Shown here one piece after another: positions 1-12,700 of a stretch of 64,000 nt of DNA (the stretch's first letter is position 1; each line of letters starts with the position of its first letter). The position numbers and the translations under genes are program-made. This DNA comes from Eledone cirrhosa (lineage: Eukaryota): contig OZ024743.1 of NCBI GenBank assembly GCA_964016885.1, positions 16,616,001 to 16,680,000 on the forward strand, given 5' to 3'. The notes below the pieces were generated by a model, which saw only the letters and a list, made by a program, of their open reading frames with translations, searched no databases and had not been told where the DNA came from.

Positions 1-911
1 AGCAGAGATGCGTGAAATCCGTTAATGGAGGCGGTTGACAATAGTATTTTTTATATTTCTAGGATGATTAGTATTGAAACTTACGTAATTTAGATTTTCG
101 TTAATTTTATGGAATGAATAATAAAGACATGAGGAATGGATAATAAAGACCCTATGGAATGGATAATAAAGACATCTAAGGAATTAACGATTTTGTAATT
201 ATTCTCGATTTCTAACTTAAGGTTGTAGTTGTTGAAAAACTGTATTATGGACTTCTTTTTCCTATTAATTCAACTATTGCTATGGTTTTCAATTAAAAGT
301 AGCATATCATCCCGATATAAACCTCCGGTCATCTCTGACATTTTTCTATGCAGTACATTATTAATAAATAATCCCACGAGGTCCGTTACTTGCGCTGAGT
401 CAGGTGATCCCAGAATGATATCAACATTGTTTTGTCTGTCGGTTTTGTCCAGAGATGGTTATTAAATTATATTAGGGTTTTACGTGCTGTTAGATAGCTA
501 TGTATGTTTAGAAGCGTAGGTAAGTTTCATATTAAGTAAGCTAGGGGTAATAGAAGAGTAGTAATTTGCAATATCCATTTGAATTAATTTTTTCGTATGT
601 TTTAATTAGTTCCGTTCCATAGTTTAAGGTGTGATTTTTCTTTAAGGAGTGGTATAATTCTATCTAGTATATGCTTACTAATTATGCCTAAGTCAGATTT
701 AGATGGTGCGGGGAGTCTGACTGGTAGTACAACTTCAAAATTTGTTTCGTTGTCCTTCAACTTAATCTTCGGTTTTCTAGGTATAAAGGGTTCAGTCTTA
801 TTTTGAATGCCTAATTTATAAATAATTTCCGAAGCTTCCCTATTTAGGGTTGAAAGATCTTCATTTGATGTCCTTTTGTAGATTTTCCTGAGTTCTTTCA
901 GTATTAGGTCA

Positions 912-915
<4 letters not shown>
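1..915 (-). mobile_element. Penelope-like element, RT fragment (decayed, cut by window edge)
   Basis: Manual minus-strand translation gives NREASEIIIKLGIQNKTEPFIPRKPKIKLKD, PSKSDLGIISKHILDRIIP, GSPDSAQVTDLVG and GGLYRDD. It is paralogous to the ORF at 17429-18058 and abuts (TA)n. Confidence 0.85.
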
Positions 916-985
<70 letters not shown>

Positions 986-988
<3 letters not shown>

Positions 989-2087
989 TTATCTATAAAA
1001 GGCAGATTGTTGTTGTTGTGTGTGTGTGTGCACATGTTCCATGTTTATACATTTTCGAAATTTCAAACCGATTAGACTCAGCGTCTGTGAGAATGTTGTA
1101 CATGGTCTAACTTAGGTCAACGACTAGTTATTCCATTCAAACTCACCCAGAATTATGGAGATAATCGATAAAACTAAGTACATGACGCTTTACCCTTCTA
1201 ATAGAATCTGCTTACCTCTCTCTACTCCCCTTCACATTCGATAAAACTACATACATGCTTACAAACTTCCTTTAGGAACGCCGAAGAGAGAGAGAGAAGA
1301 GAGTGAGAGGGAGAGAGAGAACGTTTGTTTTTGAGTGTGGAACTGTCAATCATTTATTTACTTCAATGACAACGAGAACTTAACTCTCCCCCATATCACA
1401 CCCTTCCCTACTGTCTTAAATTTAGAAAACATATCCTCTATGAGGTCACTAAACCTGCTAGAAACAGCAGCTAACTCTCCCCCATATCACACTACTCCCT
1501 ACTGACTTAAATTTAGAAAACATATCCTTTATGAGGTCACTAAACTGCTAGTGACAGCAGCTAACTCTCCCCCATTTCACACTACTCCCACTGTCTTAAA
1601 TCTAGAAAACATATCCTCTATGAGGTCACTAAACCTGCTAGAAACAGCAGCTAACTCCCGCAGATATCACACCCCTCCCTACTGTCTTAAATTTAGAAAA
1701 CATATCTTCTATGAGGTCACTAAACCTGCTAGAAACAGCAGCTAACTCTCCCCCATATCACACCACTCCCTACTGTCTTACATTTAGAAAACACACATTA
1801 GACAACCATGCAGAACAACTCCATCGCAGCTCTGTTGTTCTGCTGTCATCGTCTACGCGCGTGTTGCGCAAGTACTGTGAAACAATACATTTCAACGCTT
1901 CTTTGCACAGAGATAATATCCCTAGGCGAAATTACAATTGTCACTGCTGGCGCAGCTCCTGCTTCGGCAGTCCAGGTCTGCAATTCATTCACCCAGTGCC
2001 TGGCAGACAAAAAGGTGCTGCCACAAAATGGGTGGTGCAACCTAAATTTGGTAACTTACTGACCCCGAGCAACGCCGGGCTTTAGTG

Positions 2088-2091
<4 letters not shown>
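986..2091 (+). mobile_element. Non-autonomous Helitron
   Basis: 5' A|TC-ATTATCTATAAAAG; 3' hairpin CCCGAGCAACGCCGGG (2064-2079) followed by CTAA|T; inserted in (TA)n; no Rep/helicase coding. Confidence 0.75.
1381..1790 (+). repeat. ~90-91 bp minisatellite, ~4.5 copies, inside the Helitron
   Basis: Unit TAACTCTCCCCCATATCACAC...GAGGTCACTAAACCTGCTAGAAACAGCAGC restarts at ~1381, 1472, 1562, 1652 and 1743. Confidence 0.95.
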
Positions 2092-2131
<40 letters not shown>

Positions 2132-2277
2132 TTTTGAGTTTATGTTGGTTGTATACCAACACCTCAGTATGCAGGCTGGAGCACTCGACGAAGTGCGCAG
2201 GTTGGTTTGGTTACTCCGGAGTAGTGTAAAATAAAGTTAAATAAAAGTCAAATGATTAAAATTTAGCTTCGTTTATT

Positions 2278-2332
2278 ACTGCTATATATATTTCAGTGAC
2301 AGCCATCTTTGGCTGTGATCTCTTCAGGCAGT
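2278..2332 (-). ncRNA. Type I minimal hammerhead ribozyme (mirror copy)
   Basis: ACTGC-CTGAAGA-G-ATCACAGCC aaagat GGCTGTCAC-T-GAAA-TATATA-TA-GCAGT. Confidence 0.8.
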
Positions 2333-2562
2333 TTGAATTAGTATGGTATAGACAAGTACATATGTTGTTTAGGTGTATGATATTGTCAATACTCTGATAT
2401 GCCCAGTTCCTTGTTGGGTTGTTAATTCACTGGGGAACTGGTGTCATATGACTCCAGTTCCCCAGTGAATTAACAACCCAACAAGGAACTGGGCATATCA
2501 GAGTATTGACAATATCATACACCTAAACAACATATGTACTTGTCTATACCATACTAATTCAA

Positions 2563-2617
2563 ACTGCCTGAAGAGGTCACAGCCAAAGATGGCTGTCACT
2601 GAAATATATATAGCAGT
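2563..2617 (+). ncRNA. Type I minimal hammerhead ribozyme
   Basis: Stem I ACTGC/GCAGT, core CUGAAGA, stem II GTCACAGCC/GGCTGTCAC, GAAA, palindromic UAUAUA stem III, AUA cleavage triplet; AATAAA follows immediately. Confidence 0.8.
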
Positions 2618-2689
2618 AATAAACGAAGCTAAATTTTAATCATTTGACTTTTATTTAACTTTATTTTATATATATATATATATATATAT

Positions 2690-3772
2690 TTGTGATCATA
2701 AGATTCTACTGAAAAAACTATAGAATATTGGTGTCTCTGGAGCAAATGTTACAAGATAGACAGAACCCAACATATTATAGTCGAATGAGTAAAATCAAGC
2801 TCTGCAAAAGTCAACAGTGGCGTCTACATTAATGAGATTACTGACACCATCAAGCACAGCAACATAAGAATCTTCACAGAGGATTTCATGCTGCAAGGGT
2901 CATCAATGAGGTGGGTGACCGAACTTGCCTTCCGTCAGACCTACTGGGTGTTATACAATGGGAAAAAAAGTATAATGTGCTGTTGAATGAGGATAAATTT
3001 GAATTAATCCACTTTAGAAAAAAGGATGCCCTGAAACTACCATACTGTCTTCCTTCGGGTGAAACTCTAGTGCATCCAATAACATCAGCGACCTGGGAGG
3101 AATTGTGGACAATAAAATAAGCTTTCAAGTCGAGAGATATCCACACTATTAACCTTCTCTTCTCCACTTTTTCCCGACTCCACCTTGAATACTGTTGTCC
3201 ACTGTGGTTTCCCCACAGGAAACAAAGTTGAAGCACCCCAAAGTTCGATTACAAAAAGGATAGATGGCATGACAGGCCTTGACTATTGCAGTCAATTAGA
3301 AAAGTTCAACCTTTATTTTCGCCAACGTCGCGGTGAGCGCTACATTATCTGCATGATGTGGAGAATCTTCCATCAGCTTTGCCCGAAAGATGTTGGCATC
3401 ACCTTTAACGTATACCCAAGGCTTGCTCTCTGTACTGTCGGCTCACGACAAACATCTCACTCCCATCTCATAACAACAATACGGCACAATTGTTTCACCT
3501 CAATTGGCTCTGCACTCTTTAACATTACACCAAAACACAACAAAGCAGAGACAGACCCCATTAAGCTCAAGAAGTCTTTGGACAAATTCTTTTAAGAAAT
3601 CCCGGATAAGCTTCCTACACCCGGATATGCCTCCGTAAACAATAACTTTCTGCTCGAGTGGGCAATGATGCCTAAACCCTCATTTGTAAGAATTCGCCAG
3701 ATGGTGCTACTATTAAGTTAGACATGGCCAGGGCCAATACTAGCCAAAACATATCAAAATTATCAAAATTAA
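2690..3772 (+). mobile_element. 5'-truncated CR1-group LINE (RT C-terminus and 3' UTR), decayed
   Basis: ORFs 2911-3120 (IQWEKKYNVLLNEDKFELIHF) and 3185-3595 (ITKRIDGMTGLDY..LEKFNLY..QRR.ERY); LEYCCPLW in the adjacent frame; short tandem tail (TATCAAAAT)2. Confidence 0.75.
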
Positions 3773-3785
3773 GCTATATATCTAT

Positions 3786-3958
3786 AGTAATAATAAAAAT
3801 GTGACGACTAAAATCCAAAGATGGTTCGATAACGATAAATATATATCAAATATATAAGAACCGTAGGCAAATATTAATACTATTGACTTTGTTAGTTTCA
3901 GCAGATCCCGTTAAGGGTGAAAGCAGCGATTCTTTGCTTAAACTTTAATCTGTTATTT

Positions 3959-3960
<2 letters not shown>
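3786..3960. mobile_element. Short PLE-end family copy (tail plus inverted hammerhead segment)
   Basis: Shares GACTAAAATCCAAAGA..CGATAA..ATATATCAAATATATAAGAACCGTAG with 13815-13900, 6069-6145 and, in reverse, 9510-9550; ends in (TA)n. Confidence 0.75.
3894..3944 (+). ncRNA. Hammerhead-like motif with variant core CAGCAGA
   Basis: AGTTT-CAGCAGA-tCCC gttaa GGGt-GAAA-GCA gcgattctt TGC-TT-AAACT; all three stems pair. Confidence 0.6.
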
Positions 3961-4036
<76 letters not shown>

Positions 4037-5369
4037 AATTATGTGTGTGTGTGTGTGTGTGTGTGTGTATGCATACATATGTATATGTGTGTGTGTATAT
4101 ATGTAGAAGAGAATTAGAATTTAACTTTGATCATAATTGTATGGAGATATATATTGGAATTCCTTATTTTAAAAGAAATACTGTCGATTTATATAAATAT
4201 AGAAACCTACATTATAAACATTTAGAAAAGCGTAGCTATGCAGAAATACCGGCAGCTATCACCCCTTGGTGGTGTCCGGGAGAAGCAGCCGGTCAATGGT
4301 TGATGCATTTTGAAGAGAACTTGTTCTCACCAGTTAAATCCCTCCCCCTCTTACAACTGCTGAACTTTGAAAACAGCTGTAAATGATGTTATTAATGTGA
4401 TTTGCATATGAAGCTGTATATGTTAGCTCAACTTAGAATATAATAGAATTATGTTCATCTTTCTATTGTATAATTCTATTCTATCATCATTTATGCCAAG
4501 AAACAATCCAATGACGTAGGGGTTTCCAGTTATACTCCTGCAACGGCATTTTTTCAAGCACTAACTTCAATCGTAGCGTTACTTTAGCGTTACAAAATAA
4601 CTTAAATCATCTTGATCCGTGTGACGACCTCATACTTATAACAATAAAAGTACATTCAAAGTAACAATTTTCATAATAAATAATTAAATGCTCACCAAAG
4701 TATATCTCATCTGGTGTGTAATGAGAGTCACACTAAATCAATTACAGCGTGGGCATAACCGCAGAGTAATACAGAAAGTCCACATATATGAAACATGTCT
4801 GATGGCAAGTAACATAAAAGTAGAGTAATTTTCATTAACATGTAATTGTATAAAGGATATTTCTCTCATCGTAGTGATATTTAAAATTGAATAGGTTCAA
4901 ACTAATGAATGTTACTCAAGTCTGATGCTTTTTATTGGACTTTTGTTTTCACTTGTATAGGTGCATTTACTCTAAGTAGCATACAAAACGATATTTTATG
5001 TCATGCGTCATCAGTAGGTCTGCATTCTCTATAGTCAGATACATCCTTAGAAATGGTGACAATATCGGAAATGTTTTTGCTTGTGAAAAATTGTAGCGTG
5101 ATAAAGGAAAATTGACTTTTGAAATCAGCACCCATACATGACTACAAAATATATCACCAACACCAGACAGCATACGACATGTCCCCCAGTGTAATAATTG
5201 TAAGAATATTAAATATAGGATACATTGTTATGATTGTAGTTACACCGATAGGAAAATCAGACTAAAAAAGAAGCACAGTTGAGGAATATTATATAGATTG
5301 AATAAATAAATAAACACACATACGTGTTTATAGAAATAAACACACACACACACACATATATATATATAC

Positions 5370-5482
<113 letters not shown>

Positions 5483-6022
5483 TGTGTGTGTTTGTGTTTC
5501 TTCCTTCACCCTCGTATTCCTGGGAGGGTCATCAAGGTAGAGTCCTCAAAAGATAATTTCTGCGGCTCGTTTCCTGCGGTTCATGTTTAAAGTTACCCTC
5601 TGCAATTGATCCGGGAAACAAACGTAATTGCACATTACAATCTGTCACCCTTACAATAATCAAAACACAGTCACCCAAACACGAACACACATCAAACATC
5701 AGTGGATCTGCTAATAAGCAGGTGTGAATGATCAGTCAGTCAGTCGCCTAACATCTAAATCAGTCCAATCAGTTACAGTATATTTTAGAAAATATCATAT
5801 TTCCACTAACTCTGATAGTTGGCAGATGAACAGTGGATTGTACTGATGAAGTGTCTGCAGATCTGTTTACATGCCAACACAAGAGCAAAAATGATGAGCT
5901 CATTCTACTGACATGGCTTTAAAAATGAGGCGTATTTGCATAATTGCAAAATAATAGAATATTATTATTAATATACGAAGAACTAAGGTTACATTTATTT
6001 TACTCAGCTATAAAGAGCGAAA

Positions 6023-6068
<46 letters not shown>

Positions 6069-6070
<2 letters not shown>

Positions 6071-6145
6071 TAATAATAATACATTTGAAGACTAAAATCC
6101 AAACAGGGCTCGATAAGGGTCGTAGAGCAAATATTTATTAAAATA
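6069..6145. mobile_element. Short fragment of the same PLE-end family
   Basis: GAAGACTAAAATCCAAACAGGGCTCGATAAGG..CGTAGAGCAAATATTTATTAAAATA matches 13832-13914 with an internal deletion. Confidence 0.7.
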
Positions 6146-6171
6146 TTTATTAAATATATATATATAGATAT

Positions 6172-6603
6172 TCCGAGGGTTATAAGCCCCACTATCAGGC
6201 TAGAAATTTCTTTAGTCTAAAATACGGTGAAAGCTTCTAATTTCTAATTTCTAATTTCAAACTCGCGCACCGTTTCAAAAACATACTTACATGTTTACGT
6301 TTATAATTTGCTTGTTTATCATTCACTTGCTAAGTTCATAGCTTCTAATTCGAATGGAAGGAAATGGGATGTGTATTGGTGTAATGGTAGCACAGTGGTC
6401 TGGATAACCAAAGATGTGGGTTCGACTCCCATGTACGGCAACACTCATCTTTTTCCATTTCTCCGAGGGTTATAAACCCCACTATCAGGCTAGAAATTTC
6501 TTTAGTCTAAAATACGGTGAAAGCTTCTAATTTCTAATTTCTAATTTCAAACTTGCGCACCGTTTCAAAAACATACTTACATGTTTACGTTTATAATTTG
6601 CTT
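6172..6603 (+). mobile_element. Direct-repeat-flanked element with tRNA-like core (1.5 copies of a 290-bp unit)
   Basis: 142-bp direct repeats at 6172-6313 and 6462-6603 with few mismatches; tRNA-like sequence between them; TA-rich flanks. Confidence 0.8.
6370..6440 (+). tRNA. tRNA-like / tRNA-derived Pol III unit (nominal anticodon GGA; probably not a functional tRNA)
   Basis: A box TGGTGTAATGG, D stem GTGT/GCAC, anticodon stem GTGGT/ACCAA (4 of 5 pair), T arm GTGGG-TTCGACT-CCCAT, acceptor stem 5 of 7 pairs; T5 run at 6450-6454. Confidence 0.6.
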
Positions 6604-6619
6604 CTATATATATATATAT

Positions 6620-6995
6620 TCGGACTATATTACTGTGAGAGCCCTGGTTTTCTGTTGAGCTCTGCTGATGAATGATATTCCAACCGTGACCATCTCCACT
6701 GAAAGTTTTCATGAAATAGTCTTTTAAGACTATACAGAGCATTTGATGTTATTCCAAATTGAAGGATAAGTGTTTCAAACTTTGTTTTATCATGAGTTAA
6801 AGGTCTATAGATTTTTCCATGGATTTTACTAAATTCTGTGGATGAATTTGTATCCTGATTCTCTTTTGAGATGAGTTTGAGTTATTTTTCCTAAATCTTT
6901 CGTTAACTACTTTTCCCATCTTGACGTTATAGTCGCATATATGTTATAGAATGCCGTTAGCTTCTTGCTAAAACAATCTCTATACGTCTCATTTA
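6620..6995 (-). pseudogene. Highly decayed PLE GIY-YIG endonuclease fragment
   Basis: Frameshifted remnants IYATIT, STEFSK, PSIWNNIKC and ELNRK lie in the same order as motifs in the 12864-13730 EN; TA flanks. Confidence 0.4.
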
Positions 6996-7260
6996 TATAT
7001 AAAATATATATATATATATATGAACGAGTAGGACCCCGACGGCTGAGCTCAAGCCGTTTCGACGGCTAATTCTGGACTAAATGAACATCTTTATCCTGGT
7101 ATATGAATAGCCGAGCTTCTCAGGGGGTAATTCCATATATGGTAAAAGTGATTGTCACAAGGATTGGTCAAAAGTTTGTTGTTGAGACATAATAATTCTA
7201 TCATGGCAATTTGTTTCTTTCTTCTACTGGCAGGTTCAGGTACCCCTTCCCTCCACAAAT

Positions 7261-8203
7261 CGATGTCACGTGATTAATTCTTTTGAATTTGCCACCGACG
7301 CAGTAGGCAGTGAATTTTTCAATGTCTTGGAACCTAGTCCACGCTTTGCTTTTTTCCATCCACTGAATTATTTTTGTATAAGTTCCCTGTGTCCACGCAT
7401 CGCCTGGAAACTTAGCTGAGAATAGACTTCCCTGATGACGAAAGGCTTCTCCGTACGTTTCTTCGGAAACTATGTTTATTCCCTTTCAGAAACTAATTAA
7501 TTGGAGTGAAATTTTAGTAAGTAAGTTAATTTTTATAATTTTCTTATATAACGTCTTTCATATTATTGTTCTCCATCCCCATGCATTGAACCACGAAGTT
7601 ACTAAGACAAAACCTATATATTTTCTGGCATAAGTATGCATCTGTATATATATGTTAGTAGATATACTAATTCTTTATAATTATCTCAAATTATTTTGTT
7701 GAGCCAAAATTGGCCAAAACTGCTACTATAGTTCATAGTAATGGTTCGGCTGCTGTCTTCTTAACAAACCACTCCTCACTGATTAACCTCGATGTCACGT
7801 GATTGATTCTTTTGAATTTGCCATCGACGCAGTAGGCAGTGATTTTTTCAATGTCTTGGAACCTAGTCCACGCTTTGCTTTTTCAATCCACTGAATTATT
7901 TTTGTATAAGTTCCCTGTGTCCACGCATCGCCTGGAAACGTAGCTGAGAATAGACTTCCCTGATGACGAAAGGCTTCTCCGTACGTTTCTTCGGAAACTA
8001 TGTTTATTCCCTTTCAGAAACTAATTAGTTGGAGTGAAATTTTAGTAAGTAAGTTAATTTTTATAATTTTCTTATTTTACGTCTTTCATATTATTGTTCT
8101 GCATCCCCATGCATTGAACCACAAAGTTACTAAGACAAAACCTATATATTTGCTGGCATAAGTATGCATCTGTATATATATGTCAGTAGATATACTAATT
8201 CTT

Positions 8204-8207
<4 letters not shown>
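7261..8207. repeat. Tandem duplication, ~420-bp copies at 528-529 bp offset
   Basis: 7261-7678 and 7790-8207 are near identical (CGATGTCACGTGATT...GATATACTAATTCTTTATA); ends in (TA)n. Confidence 0.95.
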
Positions 8208-8234
<27 letters not shown>

Positions 8235-8235
8235 G

Positions 8236-8319
<84 letters not shown>

Positions 8320-8324
<5 letters not shown>

Positions 8325-9204
8325 GTGAGGTTTCTTTTACAAAATGAAAAATAACCGAGGTGTCCTACACGAGTGAAAGTATAAAGAAAAAGAGATGAAA
8401 TCGAAAATGCAACTGGAGTCTTATTTTTTTTTAAAATATATATATTTATTTGGTTCCTTTACCGGTTTCGCAGTTCTTCTGCTTTTCAAAAGGTGAGTTG
8501 AGATGGAGGGTCTGTGGTTTTTCTCACATCTGGTTGGTCTCTGAATGTTACTTGTTTTATATGGAAAAAGTGGCTCGAAATGCCAGGTTTTTAGAGAAGT
8601 AATTTGATTGGTTTGTCAATAATTATAATAAATTTCGCGCCAGTTCGCGTTACAATAGTTATTCAAATAAGAGGGGGGGTTGTCACAGGTTGTTTTTTCA
8701 TATATGAGTGTTTGAATTTCTTTTTACTTGAAAAAAGGGGGCTCACGAAGGCTTTTTTTTGGTTGGTTATAAATGAAATTATGGCTGTCACGTGTACAAG
8801 TTTTCATTACCCCAGCGAACTAACCATATTCCCTGAACCAGAACAATTCTCCCATCTCTTTCTCTTGACCATTATCTTTCACTTATCATAAAATTCTCTA
8901 AAAAGGCTACAGAATGGATTTCCAAATTAGGGCACACAAATTTAATGAAAACTTGTTCACGTGACAGCCATAATTTCATTTATTACCAACCCCCCAAAAG
9001 CCTTCGTGAGCCCCCTTCTTTCAAGTAAAAATAAATTCAAGCACTCATATATGAAAAAACAACCTGTGACAACCCCCGCCTTCTTATTTGAAGAACTATT
9101 GTAACGCGAACTGGCGCGAAATTTATTATAAATATTGACAAACCAATCAAATTACATCTCTTAAAAACCTGGCATTTCGAGCCACTTTTTCCATATAAAA
9201 CAAG
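8320..9204. mobile_element. PLE pseudo-LTR inverted structure (arms 8551-8809 / 8943-9204)
   Basis: ~260-bp inverted repeat, with a hammerhead and AATAAA beyond the left arm; starts at (TA)n; right arm ends at a SINE. Confidence 0.75.
8456..8493 (-). ncRNA. Minimal hammerhead with U3/A8 core (UUGAAAA)
   Basis: CCTT-TTGAAAA-GCAG aagaa CTGC-GAAAC-CG-GTA-AAGG; palindromic ACCGGT stem III. Confidence 0.65.
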
Positions 9205-9300
9205 GTTAACTTTGCCTTTCATCCTTACGGCGTCGATGAAATAAAGTACCAGTAATGTACTCGGTAATTGATGGTCTTGTACCTAAAGTAGATACAATTA
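9204..9300 (+). mobile_element. SINE, 3' half
   Basis: GGTTAACTTTGCCTTTCATCCTTACGG.GTCGAT.AAATAAAGTACCAGTAAT...GTAGATACAATTA. Confidence 0.85.
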
Positions 9301-9302
9301 TT

Positions 9303-10264
<962 letters not shown>

Positions 10265-10279
10265 GTTTTAATATAGATG

Positions 10280-10330
10280 AGATTCTACAGGACTAGAACT
10301 GTTTCATTCATTAGAAATCATCAGGAATCT
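10280..10330 (-). ncRNA. Type I hammerhead ribozyme, canonical core
   Basis: AGATTC-CTGATGA-tTTC taat GAAt-GAAA-CAG ttctagtc CTG-TA-GAATCT; GUA triplet; ATTAAA downstream. Confidence 0.8.
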
Positions 10331-10759
10331 GGGTATCAAAAAATAAATATGGTATTTATAGGTCTCTACAAGTGGTAGGAGAGGGTGGGGAGTGGGATGG
10401 GTGCAGGTCATTGGTTGATAGAGAAGGGAAATCATTAAAAGCTAATTCTACATAGCTATAGTTAATTTATATTTATTTATGTTTTTAGAGTAACAAAGGC
10501 AGACAGAATTCTATAAACAGGTTCCGGAAGGCATACCATTCCTTGTCAATAAGTTTCTCTTAAGCTAGCAGATGTCTATAAAATCAGTGGGGGGTCATTC
10601 ATGCTCGATAGAATTAAAGAAAAGGGAGATTCTTTAAAAGCTAAAGTCATTAAGTTCTGCTAAGTGACAAAGGTCTAGGGAATTCTGCAGACAGATTCAA
10701 AATACTGAGTGCATATCTTACTATTATCTTCGAACTTCTCTTAAACTATTCAACAATAT

Positions 10760-11061
10760 GCCAAATCAACAGACACATTCACAAAAAAACAAAAAAAACC
10801 CAAAAAACAATAAAACAGAAAAACAAAAAAAAACACACCTAAAAAAACACAAAAAAACACACATACTCACTCACACACTTACGCGCAACCATAAACACAC
10901 ACATAAACACATATACACACATAAAAACACACACACATATATATATAAAAAAAAAAATATATAAATATATACAAATATATATTCATGTACACGCACATAC
11001 ATACACACATACATACAAACATACATATATAAAATACATATACACATATACATACGCACAC

Positions 11062-11149
<88 letters not shown>

Positions 11150-11218
11150 CACATATATATATATATATATATACACATATATATATACACACATACACAC
11201 ACACACACACATACATAC

Positions 11219-11253
<35 letters not shown>

Positions 11254-11268
11254 CATACATATATATAC

Positions 11269-11351
<83 letters not shown>

Positions 11352-11476
11352 TACAGATACACACACACATACACATACATACACACATACACACATATAT
11401 ACACAAATAAATACACTCACACGCATACATACAAACACGAGTATACATATGTATAAATATCTATACACACACACAT

Positions 11477-11523
<47 letters not shown>

Positions 11524-11561
11524 CATATACACACATACATACACACACATATACACATACA

Positions 11562-11621
<60 letters not shown>

Positions 11622-11714
11622 TATATACATACATACATATACACACATACACACACATACACACACACATATACATATATATATATATATATCCCTCTAT
11701 ACACACACATACAA

Positions 11715-11757
<43 letters not shown>

Positions 11758-11893
11758 TATACACATACATATACACATATATATATATATATCCATACAT
11801 ACACAAACATACACATGCATACGCAGACCTATACATAAATATACACATATATATACAGAGATATAACGCACATATACACACACATATATACAT

Positions 11894-11933
<40 letters not shown>

Positions 11934-11957
11934 ACACACACGCATACACACACACAT

Positions 11958-12029
<72 letters not shown>

Positions 12030-12105
12030 GCGTGCATACACACATACACACACCCACACACAAAATATATATACACACACACACATTCTCTCTCTCATCT
12101 CATGC

Positions 12106-12161
<56 letters not shown>

Positions 12162-12277
12162 ATATACACAGACACATACAAATACATACATACATACACA
12201 TACGCATACACAGATATATACATATACATATACATATACATACATATACATATATATATATATACATATATATATAC

Positions 12278-12324
<47 letters not shown>

Positions 12325-12436
12325 TACATATACATACATACACACACATACATACATACATACATACATATATACAGACACATACAAACATATACCTGCA
12401 TAAATATACACACATAAAACACGTATTCACACAAAC

Positions 12437-12469
<33 letters not shown>

Positions 12470-12544
12470 TACATACATACACACACTCATATATATATAT
12501 ATATATATATAAATATAAATATAAATATATATACACATATATAT

Positions 12545-12603
<59 letters not shown>

Positions 12604-12700
12604 CATACACATACATATACATATACACACACAAAACACCACACATACACATATACACATATACAAACAAATATATACACATACAAGTAAATAGGTACTC
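10760..12700. repeat. Complex (TA)n/(CA)n/(TACA)n low-complexity tract
   Basis: Direct reading; source of many spurious YI/VC ORFs. Confidence 0.97.

Larger units (their letters stand above)
2127..2668. mobile_element. PLE pseudo-LTR remnant forming a 442-bp spacerless palindrome (2227-2668) plus a ~100-bp tail
   Basis: Arms are near-perfect reverse complements centred at 2447/2448 (GTCATATGAC). Each arm has a hammerhead motif. (TA)n lies on both sides. Confidence 0.85.

Noticed and set aside
1381-1790. Regular repeats that might suggest a CRISPR array (also 52665-53450)
   Set aside because: Whole units repeat with no unique spacers, there are no cas genes, and the context is eukaryotic TE.
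5495-5535. Minus-strand TTGATGA-CCCTC/GAGGG-TGAAG hammerhead-like motif
   Set aside because: GAAA box is GAAG, U3 is not compensated, and there is no stem III or stem I.
6661-6715. CTGATGA...GAAA on the plus strand
   Set aside because: No stem II, no NUH triplet, no stem I; chance match inside a decayed EN fragment.
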